Source of the DNA: Candidatus Poribacteria bacterium
GTDB lineage: Bacteria; Poribacteria; WGA-4E; WGA-3G
Direction: 5' to 3'
Assembly (NCBI GenBank): GCA_965242965.1
Contig: OZ251518.1
Span: 1,088,001 to 1,152,000, forward strand
Length of the DNA: 64,000 nt
The position numbers and the translations under genes were made by a program. Below are positions 37,432-48,134 of this stretch, one piece after another (within the stretch, counting starts at the first letter, position 1; every line of letters starts with the position of its first letter). Under the pieces are notes generated by a model. That model was not told the origin of the DNA. It saw nothing but the letters and a program-made list of their open reading frames with translations, and made no database searches.

Positions 37432-38091
37432 ATGAAAATCTGCCTGCTTCTGCCAGCCTACAACGAATCGCACCGGATAGGACAGGTAATTCAGGAGGCA
37501 TCCGCCTTCATTAGCGACATCGTCGTGATTGACGACGGTTCCACAGACAGCACCAGCACAATTGCGGCGGACAGCAGGGCAATCTGTTTAAGGCATACAC
37601 CGAATCGCGGCAAAGGCTTCGCGCTCCGAAAAGGTTTTGCATACGCACTGGCTAACAACTACGACGCAGTCTTCACCATGGACAGCGATGGACAACATGC
37701 ACCGGCGGATATCCCTCGCTTTCTGGAACACTTCGCACGCACGCAGCCCGATATTCTCATCGGCGCGCGTGTTAGCGCGAGAGAGACGATGCCGCTGCAT
37801 CGGCGTATCAACAACGCCTTCATTTCGTGGGTTGGTTCACAATTATGTGGGCAAACAGTGCCGGATTTCCAGTCTGGGTATCGGCTCATTCGCGCCGCAG
37901 TTTTGGAGCAGGTGCAACTAGAGACAGAACGCTACGAGACAGAGTCAGAACTCCTGATTCAATCCGGGCGGCGCGGGTTTCGCATCGAGAGTTTACCGAT
38001 TGCTGCACGCTATGGCGATTACCGCAGCGACATCAAACCGCTGCGCGAGATATGGCTTTTTACGAAATTATTGGTGAGAAGCTTGCGCTAA
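37432..38091 (+). CDS. Glycosyltransferase family 2 (DPM1-like)
   Basis: PAYNE, DDGSTD, NRGKGFAL, MDSDGQH, DFQSGYR. Confidence 0.92.
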   Translation: MKICLLLPAYNESHRIGQVIQEASAFISDIVVIDDGSTDSTSTIAADSRAICLRHTPNRGKGFALRKGFAYALANNYDAVFTMDSDGQHAPADIPRFLEHFARTQPDILIGARVSARETMPLHRRINNAFISWVGSQLCGQTVPDFQSGYRLIRAAVLEQVQLETERYETESELLIQSGRRGFRIESLPIAARYGDYRSDIKPLREIWLFTKLLVRSLR

Positions 38092-38119
38092 ATGAACCGC
38101 TGTCGTTTGGAAAAGGAAT

Positions 38120-39151
38120 ATGAACATACTGCGTCACACGGTGAACGGTTTTCTAATAGGCGTTGCAAACATTATTCCCGGTATGAGCGGCGGCACGCTG
38201 GCACTTGTTCTCGGGATTTATGAACGGCTCATCGCCGCACTGCGCAACATCGGGCTCGCCACCGTCAAAAAGGGGCTTCGGACGCTTACCTTCAAAAGGA
38301 GAGCCTTTGAGGAGGCACTAGCAGAACTGCGCCGCGTGGATGCCGGATTCCTCGCCTTATTAGGCAGTGGCGCGATTGCCGCTGTGTTGCTCTCTTCAAA
38401 ACTGATAGTCTATCTGCTGAATCATCACCACGACGCAACATACGGTTTCTTTTGTGGGTTGATTTTGACATCTATCCTCATACCGATACGGATGCTCAAC
38501 AAGTTTGGCGGCAAGGAGTTGTTGGTGTTGCTTATCGCCGTTGCCCTCATCATAGGGATTTCGATTGGGACAACGAGCCAAGATAACGGCGATAACAGTT
38601 TACGCAGCGAGATATCAAACCATCAGGAACCGTTATTGAACGTCTTCCTAACAACAAAAATGTTTGCGTGCGGTGCTTTGGCAATCTCTGCCATGATTTT
38701 GCCCGGCATCAGCGGCTCGTTTCTGATGCTCGCGTTCGGTGTCTATTTTCCATTGCTGAACGCGATTGACGGGGTTACTGCAGGGGTATCGGCACTCGTC
38801 GCCACCGGGCAAATGCCGAATGCCGCGCTATGGGGAGATTTACTCACGCTTGCCTCCTTCGCGCTGGGATGCCTGTTTGGACTGGTGGCATTTACACGGC
38901 TGCTCACTTATCTGCTACACCGATATCGCAACCTGACTATCGCCTTTCTGATAGGGTTGATGGTAGGTTCACTTTACGGGTTATGGCCGTTTCGAGAATT
39001 TATGATAGTTGATGGCGAACGGGTGGATACCGCGCACATCCTCCCACAATTAGATGCGAACCTACTCATCACGCTGGTGCTGTTTTTGGGGGGATGCGGC
39101 GTGATTCTGTGGTTCGCGCAATTAGAAAAAGGACAGCAAAGGGGAAACTAA
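38120..39151 (+). CDS. DUF368 family membrane protein (putative undecaprenyl-phosphate translocase)
   Basis: GVANIIPGMSGGTLA and AMILPGISGS duplicated motifs. Confidence 0.9.
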   Translation: MNILRHTVNGFLIGVANIIPGMSGGTLALVLGIYERLIAALRNIGLATVKKGLRTLTFKRRAFEEALAELRRVDAGFLALLGSGAIAAVLLSSKLIVYLLNHHHDATYGFFCGLILTSILIPIRMLNKFGGKELLVLLIAVALIIGISIGTTSQDNGDNSLRSEISNHQEPLLNVFLTTKMFACGALAISAMILPGISGSFLMLAFGVYFPLLNAIDGVTAGVSALVATGQMPNAALWGDLLTLASFALGCLFGLVAFTRLLTYLLHRYRNLTIAFLIGLMVGSLYGLWPFREFMIVDGERVDTAHILPQLDANLLITLVLFLGGCGVILWFAQLEKGQQRGN

Positions 39152-39159
39152 GCAACGCC

Positions 39160-40035
39160 TTGCGATATACAAAGATAGGGCTTTTTGTCAACACTTCTAA
39201 AGCGAACGCCGCCGAGATTGTCGCAGAAGTGTCGGCGTGGCTGCAGCAGCGAGATGTCACGCCGCTCCTTGCCGATGAACACGCCGCGGCACTCGGGCAC
39301 CCGAAAACCGGGATGCAAATAGCAGACCTTGGTGCACATGCCGACATGCTACTCGTCCTCGGCGGGGACGGAACGTTGCTCAGCGCAGCGCATACGCCTG
39401 GCATCGAAAACGTGCCACTCCTCGCCATTAATATCGGGACGCTCGGTTTTTTGACTGACGCTTCGCTAGCAGAACTTTACCCAACGTTGGAGGCAGTGCG
39501 GCGAGGGGACTATCGCGTTGAGCACCGGATGATGTTAGAGGTAATTGTAAACGGAACGTTCCGCGCGTTCGCGCTCAACGATGTCGTTATCCGGCACTAT
39601 ACGCGGCTCATCGAATTAGATGCCTATATTGATGGTGAGTTGTTTATTCCCTATACCGCCGATGGACTCATCATCGCAACGCCGAGCGGTGCCACCGGAT
39701 ATTCCCTCTCATGCGCTGGGACGATTGTTGCACCGCAGTTGGAGGCGATACTGTTGACACCTATCGCGCCGCATAGCCTCACCGTGCGGCCTTTCATCGC
39801 GCACGGCAACGCGGAGATTACCGTCAAGATGCGTTCCGCTTACGAAAGCGTTGATGTTTTCGTTGACGGCCAACGCGAGACGCACAGCCTTGAGGCGGAA
39901 GCAGTAATTCACGTGCAGAAGGCGGAACGGACTATTCAACTCATTCGTTCACGGCAGCATAACTATTACCGGGCCCTGCGTGAAAAATTGATGCTCGGAG
40001 AAAGTGTCAAGAGGAAAGCCGATAATACCAAATGA
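39160..40035 (+). CDS. nadK: NAD(+) kinase
   Basis: LGGDGTLL, GTLGFL, ALNDVV, DGLIIATPSGATGYSLS; TTG start inferred. Confidence 0.93.
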   Translation: MRYTKIGLFVNTSKANAAEIVAEVSAWLQQRDVTPLLADEHAAALGHPKTGMQIADLGAHADMLLVLGGDGTLLSAAHTPGIENVPLLAINIGTLGFLTDASLAELYPTLEAVRRGDYRVEHRMMLEVIVNGTFRAFALNDVVIRHYTRLIELDAYIDGELFIPYTADGLIIATPSGATGYSLSCAGTIVAPQLEAILLTPIAPHSLTVRPFIAHGNAEITVKMRSAYESVDVFVDGQRETHSLEAEAVIHVQKAERTIQLIRSRQHNYYRALREKLMLGESVKRKADNTK

Positions 40036-40162
40036 ACCTGAGGCGTTTGCAAGCGTCTGAATCCTAGCAACCTATTCGTTTCCCAACGTTTGCAAACAGG
40101 GCACTACCCGGCGAACGCATCTCAACTTACAGCGGCGAGCCAGATCAACATAATTTGATAAA

Positions 40163-40358
40163 CATGCAAGTCTTGACAACGTCAAGACGGCCTGAAAAGA
40201 CAACCCGCACCGCACGAAAGCAGCCGAACAACCGCTAGGAACAACAAAAACATGCAAGTCTTGACAACGTCAAGACGGCCTGAAAAGACAATCCGCACCG
40301 CACAAAAGCAGCCGAACAACCGCTAGGAACAACAAAAGCCCGCTAGGAACAACAAAAA
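40163..40358. repeat. 88-bp tandem duplication plus partial third copy upstream of recN
   Basis: Units start at 40163 and 40251; each has hairpin GTCTTGAC-AAC-GTCAAGAC; CCGCTAGGAACAACAAAA x3. Confidence 0.9.
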
Positions 40359-42089
40359 ATGATAGAGGTGCTTTCAATCCGCAATATCGCCCTAATTGAC
40401 GAACTAGAGTTGGAGTTCGCACCGGGGTTGAATATCTTCACCGGGGAAACCGGTGCCGGCAAATCTGTCATCCTCAAGTCGATGGGCATCGTCCTCGGCG
40501 AGCGTGCCACTGCAGACATCGTCCGCGAAGGGACAGACGCTGCGACAGTGGAAATCGGTGTCGCCCCCTCCGCAGAACATCCGTTTTGGGAGGTAGACGC
40601 TGCCGCCGTGCTTGATGCTGACGATACCGCCATTCTCACGAGACAGATAAGCGCGAACGGCCGAAGCCGATGCCGTCTCAACGGACATATCGCGAATTTA
40701 AGACAACTTCAGTCACTGGGGACATTGCTTGTTGATATCCATGGGCAACATGAGCACCAATCGTTGTTCCGCACCGAAACGCACCTCCAACTCCTCGACG
40801 ATTTCGGCGACTGCGGTGAACTGCGACAGCATGCTGGGAAACTCTATCAGCATCGACAAAAGTTAAGACACGAGGTACGGGAGTTAACACAGACGGTGCG
40901 AACCTCCGAACGCGAAAAGGAACGCCTTGAATTTGAGTGCGCCGAGTTGGAAGCGGCGAATCTCGTCGAAGGCGAGGACGAAACACTCGCCGCCGAAGCG
41001 CGGTTGCTGAGCAACGCCGAGGCGTTGTTTGAAACCGCCAATCTCGTCACGATGCAATTGGAGAGAGGCCGGCGCACACGGCACGCGGCATCGGAGCCCG
41101 CTGTATTAGAACTCCTGAAAGCAGTATCCAAATCCCTCGGCAAATTGTGCGAGATGGACACCAGCCTATCGCGGGTGCATGAACGGTTAGACTCCGCGCT
41201 GTATGAAATAGAGGATATCGCCGCGCATCTCCGGGAGTACGCGAACACGGTGGAGTTCAATCCAATGCGCCTCAACGAAATTACCGAACGCTTGGAGCTC
41301 ATCTCAAAAATCCGGCGACGCTACGGCAACACTATTGAAGAAATACTAGCATACCACGCCGATGCATCGCGGCAGTTGCAAGCGTTACACTTCGGTACCG
41401 AGAAGATTGAGAAACTGAACGCGCAGATTGACGAAGTAACACAGGAGGCGCAGCAGGTATGTACCGCCCTCTCCGCGAAACGGACACAGGTTGCCAAACG
41501 TCTCTCCCTTCTCATTGAACGGGAATTACGGACGCTGGGGATGGACAAGGCGAGATTCATTGTGTCGGTTCAACCTAAGGAAGACGAAAACGGCGCGCTG
41601 CAGATTGACAGCAAACGCTACACCTTCGGGCTGGATGGCATGGATGCGGTGGAATTCTTAATTGCGCCGAACGTCGGTTCGGAACCGCGGCCTATCGCTA
41701 AGATTGCATCCGGCGGGGAACTCTCGCGTGTCATGCTCGCGCTCAAAACGGTGCTTGTTCAAGTCGACGATATCCCGACGCTCATTTTCGACGAGATTGA
41801 TAGCGGTATCGGCGGCAAAGTCGCCGATGTCGTCGGAAAAAAACTGAAGCAACTCGCTGAATTTTCACAAGTGATTTGCATCACGCATCTCCCCCAGATC
41901 GCTCGGTTTGCCGATAAGCATTTCCGGGTGGAGAAGAAAGTCTTCAGCGAACGGACGCTCATCACGGCGAAACCTCTCACACCGGAAGAACGCGTTGAAG
42001 AAATTGTCAGGATGCATGGCGGTGAAGAGACTGAAGCCGGTCTCGCGCACGCCCGAGAACTTTTGGTTGTTCGCGAGGCGTTCGATTAG
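40359..42089 (+). CDS. recN: DNA repair protein RecN
   Basis: TGETGAGKS, DIHGQHEHQ, ASGGELSR, FDEIDSGIGG, ITHLPQIA. Confidence 0.97.
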   Translation: MIEVLSIRNIALIDELELEFAPGLNIFTGETGAGKSVILKSMGIVLGERATADIVREGTDAATVEIGVAPSAEHPFWEVDAAAVLDADDTAILTRQISANGRSRCRLNGHIANLRQLQSLGTLLVDIHGQHEHQSLFRTETHLQLLDDFGDCGELRQHAGKLYQHRQKLRHEVRELTQTVRTSEREKERLEFECAELEAANLVEGEDETLAAEARLLSNAEALFETANLVTMQLERGRRTRHAASEPAVLELLKAVSKSLGKLCEMDTSLSRVHERLDSALYEIEDIAAHLREYANTVEFNPMRLNEITERLELISKIRRRYGNTIEEILAYHADASRQLQALHFGTEKIEKLNAQIDEVTQEAQQVCTALSAKRTQVAKRLSLLIERELRTLGMDKARFIVSVQPKEDENGALQIDSKRYTFGLDGMDAVEFLIAPNVGSEPRPIAKIASGGELSRVMLALKTVLVQVDDIPTLIFDEIDSGIGGKVADVVGKKLKQLAEFSQVICITHLPQIARFADKHFRVEKKVFSERTLITAKPLTPEERVEEIVRMHGGEETEAGLAHARELLVVREAFD

Positions 42090-42194
42090 CATGGATACGG
42101 AGAACTGAATTGCTCGGATAAGCAGGTAAGCCTTGACAACATCAAGACTGCCTGCTAAAGTCATCCCTGCTGCAAAGGAGCAGCGAAACAGCAT

Positions 42195-45100
42195 ATGGCG
42201 AAAGACGAAAGATTTACACAAGCTGAGGGAACAAATGTATATACGGGCTGCGAATTGCTGGTGAAAGGCGCGTTGGAGAGCGGCGTGAGTCTTCTCACCG
42301 GCTATCCCGGTTCTCCGCTGGCCGAAGTATTTGATGTCATCCAGCGCAACGCCGCGCTCTTTAAAGAGAACGGTATCGTCGCGCAGATAGCCAACAACGA
42401 AGCGTTGAGCATCGCCCGGCTAAACGGCTCGCAAATGGCAGCGACGCGAGCGATAGCGTTCATGAAGAGCGTTGGGTTGCACGTCGCCGCCGATGCACTC
42501 GCGATTAGCAACCTCGCCGGCACTACCGGCGGGGCAGTCGTTGTCGTTGGCGATGACACCTGGGGACATAGCACGCAAGTACCAGCAGACTCTCGGTTCC
42601 TCGCGCGACACCTCTATACACCCCTGATAGAGCCCAGCTCCTTTCAGGAACTCAAAGATTGGGTGGACATCGCCTTTCAGGTATCCAAAGCGGCGAACCT
42701 CTATGTCGTGCTCCTCGCAACACAGAATCAGGCCGATGGCGGAGGAAATGTTGAACTGCACCCAAACGTCTATCCTGAGATAAACCGGCGGAACCCTACT
42801 ATTTTGGATACGGCACTGATTGACGCGTCAAACCGCGTCGTCTTACCCCCGGACACGGCGCGTATTGAGCGGGAAACGTTAGAGGAACGGCTGCCACAAG
42901 CACTTGAAACCGCCCGCGCCCTGAAGTTGAATGTGATTACATGGCCAGAACAAGGGACAGGCACTCACGCTACGCGAAAAAGAGATGCCTCGCACGAAAA
43001 CGAAAAATACGCGTTTGGGTTCGTTACGGCAGGATTCGCCTACAGTTATTTGCGCCACGCTCTCCGCGAATTGAACGTCCTAGACGACATCCCTATTCTT
43101 AAACTCGGAATGACGCATCCGCTTGACACCGACATCGTGCGAAAATTTGCCGAACGGGTTGAAGCATGCTACATCGTGGAAGAGAAGCGTTCCTTGCTCG
43201 AAAATGAACTCAAGGCACTTCTCACACAGATGTATCAAAACGGCGAACTGACGCAGCACGTGAAGGTGTGGGGAAAGCAGTTTCCAGAAAGGCTGCCTGG
43301 GCTACCTGCGGAAGCGGGATTGGATACGTCTCTCCTCATCCAACGGCTCGCGCCGCTTTTCAAGCATCTTGCAGCCAGGGGGCAGCCCCCCGCACTACTG
43401 GCTAATGCGCACATTTTTGATAGGGAAACGGCACTACAAAAGCGGGTATCCGAACAGCAGTTTGACATCCCGCAGCGCACCCCGACATTCTGTCCCGGCT
43501 GCCCGCATCGCGATTCGTCCAGCGTCCTCCTCCAAATCACGGAGCAGTTCATGGATGCCCATTACATGAAAAAACAGCATAACTCGCCCACGGTAGATTT
43601 GGTGTTTCACGGTGACATCGGCTGCTATTCAATGCTCAAATACGAACCGTTTCCGCGCTTGATGCACAACCTCTCCGCGATGGCACTCGGCGGTGCCGCT
43701 GGTGCCGGCATTGACGCGTTCATCGAAAACAAACAGGTAGTCTTCATGGGCGATTCCACCTTTTTCCACGGCGGCATGGCAGCCATCTCCGACTCCATCA
43801 AAAACGGACAGGACATCGCCTATATCATCTTGGATAATCAAACCACAGCGATGACAGGACACCAACCGACACCGGCAGGTGACACCGATATCCTCGGCAA
43901 TCCGACGTTCGCGCAAGATATCGAGAAAGTGGTGCAAGGACTTGCCGGCGACTCAGAAATAGACATCGTCCGGACGAACCCGGAAAACCGCGATACCTAC
44001 AAAAAATATCTGGAGAAAACGATACTCAAGCCCGGTGTCAAAATTGTCATCGCCGATAAGGAGTGCGCGATTACCTATCATCGCCGATTGCGGCGCGAAG
44101 CACAAAAAACGATAGCCGAAAACGGGTTTCTCGCACGCGAGAAACATATCAATATCACCCACGAAGTCTGCGAGTTCTGCCTTGAATGCACCAAATCCAC
44201 CGGCTGTCCCGCATTGAAAATAATCCCTACCGCCCGTGGTGATAAAATCGGGATTGACATGTCCACGTGTGTCACCGATGGCGCGTGCGCGCGGATTAAG
44301 TCGGCATGCCCGGCTTTTGAAGAGGTGATTATCACGCGCAAACGGCCGCCAAGGCCTAACACCGAAAACGGAGGCAGTGACAACGTCAATAACGTCAATG
44401 ACGACTTACGCAGAGAGATACTGCCACCATCAAAAACGCACGCCGAACGCCTCGCGAACAACGAAAAACGGCTGTCAAGGCCTCACACCAAAAACAGAGT
44501 CAAAAACAGAGTCATTGACAACGTCAATGACGACTTACGTAGAGAGATACTGCCACCACCAAAAACGCACGCCGAACGCCTCGCGAACGACAAAAAAACG
44601 TGGAGTGCTTATGCTGCAGGGGTTGGCGGCATGGGTATCGGCACAATCTCGAAAATCCTCGTTGTCGCAGGGCATTTGCAAGGCTACGATGTCACTTTCT
44701 GTGATAGGAAAGGCTTGGCAATTCGTAACGGCGGTGTCTACACGCACGTCACCTATAGCCAGCCCGGTGTTCCTGCCGCGCCCATCATCCCCTACGGCAA
44801 AGCAGATTTGGTGTTAGGACTCGACATTTTAGAGGCGGTGCGCGGTATCAATGCGCATTCCTTCTTTCGGGTTGCATCTCCCGAACGCACTGCCGCCGTT
44901 GTCAATACCGCCAAGACAGAGACAATGTCCACACTCATCGGTAAAGACGAGTTTGACATTGAACAACTGGAAGCCGCCCTGAAGGCGAACACGGATGCAG
45001 AGGTGTACTTCGGCGAAGATCTTTTTGCTATTTCTGAGCAATTGTTCGGCAACAAGGTGTATGCAAATATGATGATACTCGGCACTGCCTTCCAGCGCGG

Positions 45101-46019
45101 GCTGATACCGCTGGAATTAGAGCCTATCCATCTCGCGATGAAGCAGATGGTGCGGCCTGCCGATTTAGAGACGAACCTGAAGGCGTTCAACGTTGGGCGA
45201 CAGTTGGCTGTGGAAGGTAAGCCCCGCGCGCAACGGGAAAAGGATGGGGACGCGCCGCAAGGTTACGCTGCACTGTTGGCGGCGAAGCGCGAGATTTTGC
45301 AACGTCAGAGCGGCCAAGGCCTTGGAAAATTATATCTGTCCCGAACCGGCAAACGCCTCGCACAAGACTATCAGTCGCTCGTTGAAACCACCGTCGCAAG
45401 GCTGGACTTGGATGACGACACGCATCGAACGCTTGCCCTTTACATTTACGATATGGTGCAGTTTGAGGACATCGCTTACGCGCGCCGATACGCCGAAAAG
45501 GTGCTGCACGTGCACGCGCACGATTCCGAAGCACAGAAGTATCGCGCCACGAAGGCGGCGATAGACGCGCTGCATCGGGTAATGTTAATCAAAGACGAAG
45601 TCTACGTCGCGCAGCTGCTAACCAGCGAGGAGAAACTGCATCGCGATAAGCAACGCTACAACGTTGACGAGGCGAACGGCGATAGGATACACTACGTCCA
45701 TATCAATCGTCCCCGGTTCACCGTGATGGGTATTGACTTTGAGACGGATATCAACACGCGGAATTGGCAGCTCAATCTCATGAAGCGGATGAAGTTCCTC
45801 CGACGATGGCTCTCGCACTGGCATGCCAAGGAGAAAGCGTTCCGAGACTGGTATCTTAACCGCGTGATTGATACCTTCGCGCCAACCGAGGGTGAAAGTT
45901 ACGACACCCATGTCCGTGCTATTCAAGCGGTGGAGACAGTGCGCGGCTATCGTGAAATTCGCTATCCCAAGATGGAACAGGCGAAATCCGAGGTTGAAAG
46001 GCTTTTGAAAAAATCTTAG
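42195..46019 (+). CDS. Fused indolepyruvate:ferredoxin oxidoreductase (alpha + beta + C-terminal domain)
   Basis: GYPGSP, FCPGCPH, GDIGCY, MGDSTFFH, DNQTTAMTGHQP, CEFCLEC, GVGGMG, IKDEVYVAQL. Confidence 0.9.
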   Translation: MAKDERFTQAEGTNVYTGCELLVKGALESGVSLLTGYPGSPLAEVFDVIQRNAALFKENGIVAQIANNEALSIARLNGSQMAATRAIAFMKSVGLHVAADALAISNLAGTTGGAVVVVGDDTWGHSTQVPADSRFLARHLYTPLIEPSSFQELKDWVDIAFQVSKAANLYVVLLATQNQADGGGNVELHPNVYPEINRRNPTILDTALIDASNRVVLPPDTARIERETLEERLPQALETARALKLNVITWPEQGTGTHATRKRDASHENEKYAFGFVTAGFAYSYLRHALRELNVLDDIPILKLGMTHPLDTDIVRKFAERVEACYIVEEKRSLLENELKALLTQMYQNGELTQHVKVWGKQFPERLPGLPAEAGLDTSLLIQRLAPLFKHLAARGQPPALLANAHIFDRETALQKRVSEQQFDIPQRTPTFCPGCPHRDSSSVLLQITEQFMDAHYMKKQHNSPTVDLVFHGDIGCYSMLKYEPFPRLMHNLSAMALGGAAGAGIDAFIENKQVVFMGDSTFFHGGMAAISDSIKNGQDIAYIILDNQTTAMTGHQPTPAGDTDILGNPTFAQDIEKVVQGLAGDSEIDIVRTNPENRDTYKKYLEKTILKPGVKIVIADKECAITYHRRLRREAQKTIAENGFLAREKHINITHEVCEFCLECTKSTGCPALKIIPTARGDKIGIDMSTCVTDGACARIKSACPAFEEVIITRKRPPRPNTENGGSDNVNNVNDDLRREILPPSKTHAERLANNEKRLSRPHTKNRVKNRVIDNVNDDLRREILPPPKTHAERLANDKKTWSAYAAGVGGMGIGTISKILVVAGHLQGYDVTFCDRKGLAIRNGGVYTHVTYSQPGVPAAPIIPYGKADLVLGLDILEAVRGINAHSFFRVASPERTAAVVNTAKTETMSTLIGKDEFDIEQLEAALKANTDAEVYFGEDLFAISEQLFGNKVYANMMILGTAFQRGLIPLELEPIHLAMKQMVRPADLETNLKAFNVGRQLAVEGKPRAQREKDGDAPQGYAALLAAKREILQRQSGQGLGKLYLSRTGKRLAQDYQSLVETTVARLDLDDDTHRTLALYIYDMVQFEDIAYARRYAEKVLHVHAHDSEAQKYRATKAAIDALHRVMLIKDEVYVAQLLTSEEKLHRDKQRYNVDEANGDRIHYVHINRPRFTVMGIDFETDINTRNWQLNLMKRMKFLRRWLSHWHAKEKAFRDWYLNRVIDTFAPTEGESYDTHVRAIQAVETVRGYREIRYPKMEQAKSEVERLLKKS

Positions 46020-46057
46020 TCCAAGAACGGCATCATCCACTTACATAGGTTTACGTT

Positions 46058-46951
46058 ATGCAACAAACCACCCTTCCTGAACGCATCGCGAATAACGAAA
46101 GAATCATTACAGGACATACGCGCATCATCGGCGTAATCGGCGCACCGGTGGAACATAGCCGTTCGCCGCAAATGCACAACGCTGCCCTCGCAAAAGCCGG
46201 GTTGGACTATGTCTACGTGCCTTTTCACGTACGTCCCGGCGATATTGCGCGCGCGCTGGAAGGGTTCAAAGCACTCAACGTCGTCGGAATCAACGTCACG
46301 CTGCCGCATAAAGCGGCAGTCCTGCCGTATCTCACTTCGATTTCGCGGGAGGCGGCACTCATCGGGGCAGTCAACACGCTGAGTTTTCGCGATGGAGAGA
46401 TTCACGGCGATAACACGGACGCGGAAGGATTTCTGCGGGCGTTGCGGGAAACGGAAGGCGACGATGTCAAGCACCGACTTTTCCGAGAAGTTGTCGTGCT
46501 TGGTGCCGGTGGGGCAGCGCGTGCTGTCGTCGTCGCACTGGCACTGGCAGGCGCGAACCGCATCGTCATCGCTAACCGGACAGCGACAAAAGCCGTCGCC
46601 TTAGCCGAAGAGATGCAGGCGAAGACAGACGTTACCATGCACGGGATGGGACTTACCGACGCGCGCGTGGACGAAAGTGTGCGCAATAGCACGCTCCTCG
46701 TCAATACCGCAACCGCCAGCATGGATGCAAACGCGCCGATGCTCATTGACGACTCGGTGCTATCGCCGCGCACCTTCGTCTATGACATCGTCTATACGCC
46801 GCCTGTCACGCCGTTGATGCACGCCGCCGCGAAACGTGGGTGCAAAACCCTCGGCGGCATAGGCATGCTCGTCCATCAAGGGGCCATCGCCTTTGAAAAA
46901 TGGACAGGCATCAAACCCTGTCTCGTAACACTCAGGAAGGCACTTTCGTAG
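46058..46951 (+). CDS. aroE: Shikimate dehydrogenase
   Basis: HSRSPQMHN, NVTLPHK, GAVNT, NTD, GAGGAARA, NRT, MLVHQGA. Confidence 0.96.
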   Translation: MQQTTLPERIANNERIITGHTRIIGVIGAPVEHSRSPQMHNAALAKAGLDYVYVPFHVRPGDIARALEGFKALNVVGINVTLPHKAAVLPYLTSISREAALIGAVNTLSFRDGEIHGDNTDAEGFLRALRETEGDDVKHRLFREVVVLGAGGAARAVVVALALAGANRIVIANRTATKAVALAEEMQAKTDVTMHGMGLTDARVDESVRNSTLLVNTATASMDANAPMLIDDSVLSPRTFVYDIVYTPPVTPLMHAAAKRGCKTLGGIGMLVHQGAIAFEKWTGIKPCLVTLRKALS

Positions 46952-47031
46952 AAACGTCTATAGACATTAAGCCGCTACGCGGCTTTAGCGGAACTGGAAC
47001 TTTTCCTTCGTTAACGACACATTACAAAAAT

Positions 47032-47322
47032 ATGCAAGAGAAAGAACAACAACATCAGCAAGCCATTCGATTCGTTATCCTCGGAGTCCCCTATTCCATC
47101 AGGCCCAGCGATGACTTATCGGAAGATGATATTCTCGAACTCATTGAATACGTCAAAGGACTCGTCAATTCCTACAGCCAAAAAGGGTTTGATGAGCAGA
47201 AGATTCCGTTGCTCGTCGCCTTCCACATCGCCGATGAACTTCGGCGGCTCCAGGCATCTTATGAGACACCGCTGTATCGGTTAGTGGAAAAACTGCATAT
47301 AGCGATTGAGGACGCGGAATGA
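47032..47322 (+). CDS. zapA: Cell division protein ZapA-like
   Basis: ILGVPYSI..., LLVAFHIADEL, coiled tail; ~96 aa. Confidence 0.65.
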   Translation: MQEKEQQHQQAIRFVILGVPYSIRPSDDLSEDDILELIEYVKGLVNSYSQKGFDEQKIPLLVAFHIADELRRLQASYETPLYRLVEKLHIAIEDAE

Positions 47323-48080
47323 CCAGGGTGCCTGCCGCGCAACGGGATGGAAGCAAAATGCCCTATCGTGCCATCATCTTCGATCTGTTCGGGACTTTAG
47401 TCGGAAACTTCAGCCGCAGCGAAAACGACAAAGTTATCGCGCAGCTGGCGGAAATCCTCAACCTGCCTTATCCGAAATTCTGGCAACGCATGGGAGAAAC
47501 CTACGTTGACAGATGCCTAGGCAGATACGCTGGCTTAGCCGAGTTCGCGCAGTCTCTCTGTGCAGAACTGGGTATCAAAGTAGAGACTGCGCAGCTCAGC
47601 AACGCGACCCAACTTTACGATGCATTCATCGCGAACGCGCTTATGCCTGAACCAGCGGTTTTAACTGCGTTAGATACGCTGAAAAACGACGGCATCACGT
47701 TGGGACTTATCAGCGACTGTGTGCCTGCTGTGCAACGGCTCTTCCCGAAATCGCCGCTAGCCAAACGGATTGATACCGCTGTTTTCTCCTGTCAAGAACG
47801 GATGATGAAGCCGGCACGCGGCATCTATCAGCGCGCGTGCCGCCGATTACACGTGCAACCAGCGGAATGCCTTTACGTCGGGGACGGTAGTAGTCAAGAA
47901 TTGACTGGGGCTGCAACAGCGGGGATGGTGCCTATCTTAAAACGAACGGAACTCTCCGATGTCTACGATGCGCGCAGACCGGATGTGGAAAATTGGCAAG
48001 GCCCTGTGATTGACGAGATACGCGAGGTTTTTGACTTTGTTAGCGGAGCCTTTGTTAACGGAGAACGTCAAATTCCGTAG
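47319..48080 (+). CDS. HAD-superfamily hydrolase
   Basis: FDLFGTL, LISD, MKP, YVGDG. Confidence 0.88.
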   Translation: MTRVPAAQRDGSKMPYRAIIFDLFGTLVGNFSRSENDKVIAQLAEILNLPYPKFWQRMGETYVDRCLGRYAGLAEFAQSLCAELGIKVETAQLSNATQLYDAFIANALMPEPAVLTALDTLKNDGITLGLISDCVPAVQRLFPKSPLAKRIDTAVFSCQERMMKPARGIYQRACRRLHVQPAECLYVGDGSSQELTGAATAGMVPILKRTELSDVYDARRPDVENWQGPVIDEIREVFDFVSGAFVNGERQIP

Positions 48081-48134
48081 GCGCGGTTTCAAACCGCGCC
48101 CACCGGTTTCGTGCCGATTCCTGCCTATTTGGAA

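Noticed and set aside
40163-40358. Mini-CRISPR or LexA box upstream of recN
   Set aside because: The 'spacers' are duplicates of each other; no LexA motif I can recognise.
47322-47360. 6S RNA after zapA
   Set aside because: The next CDS overlaps the zapA stop; there is no room and no 6S-like structure.
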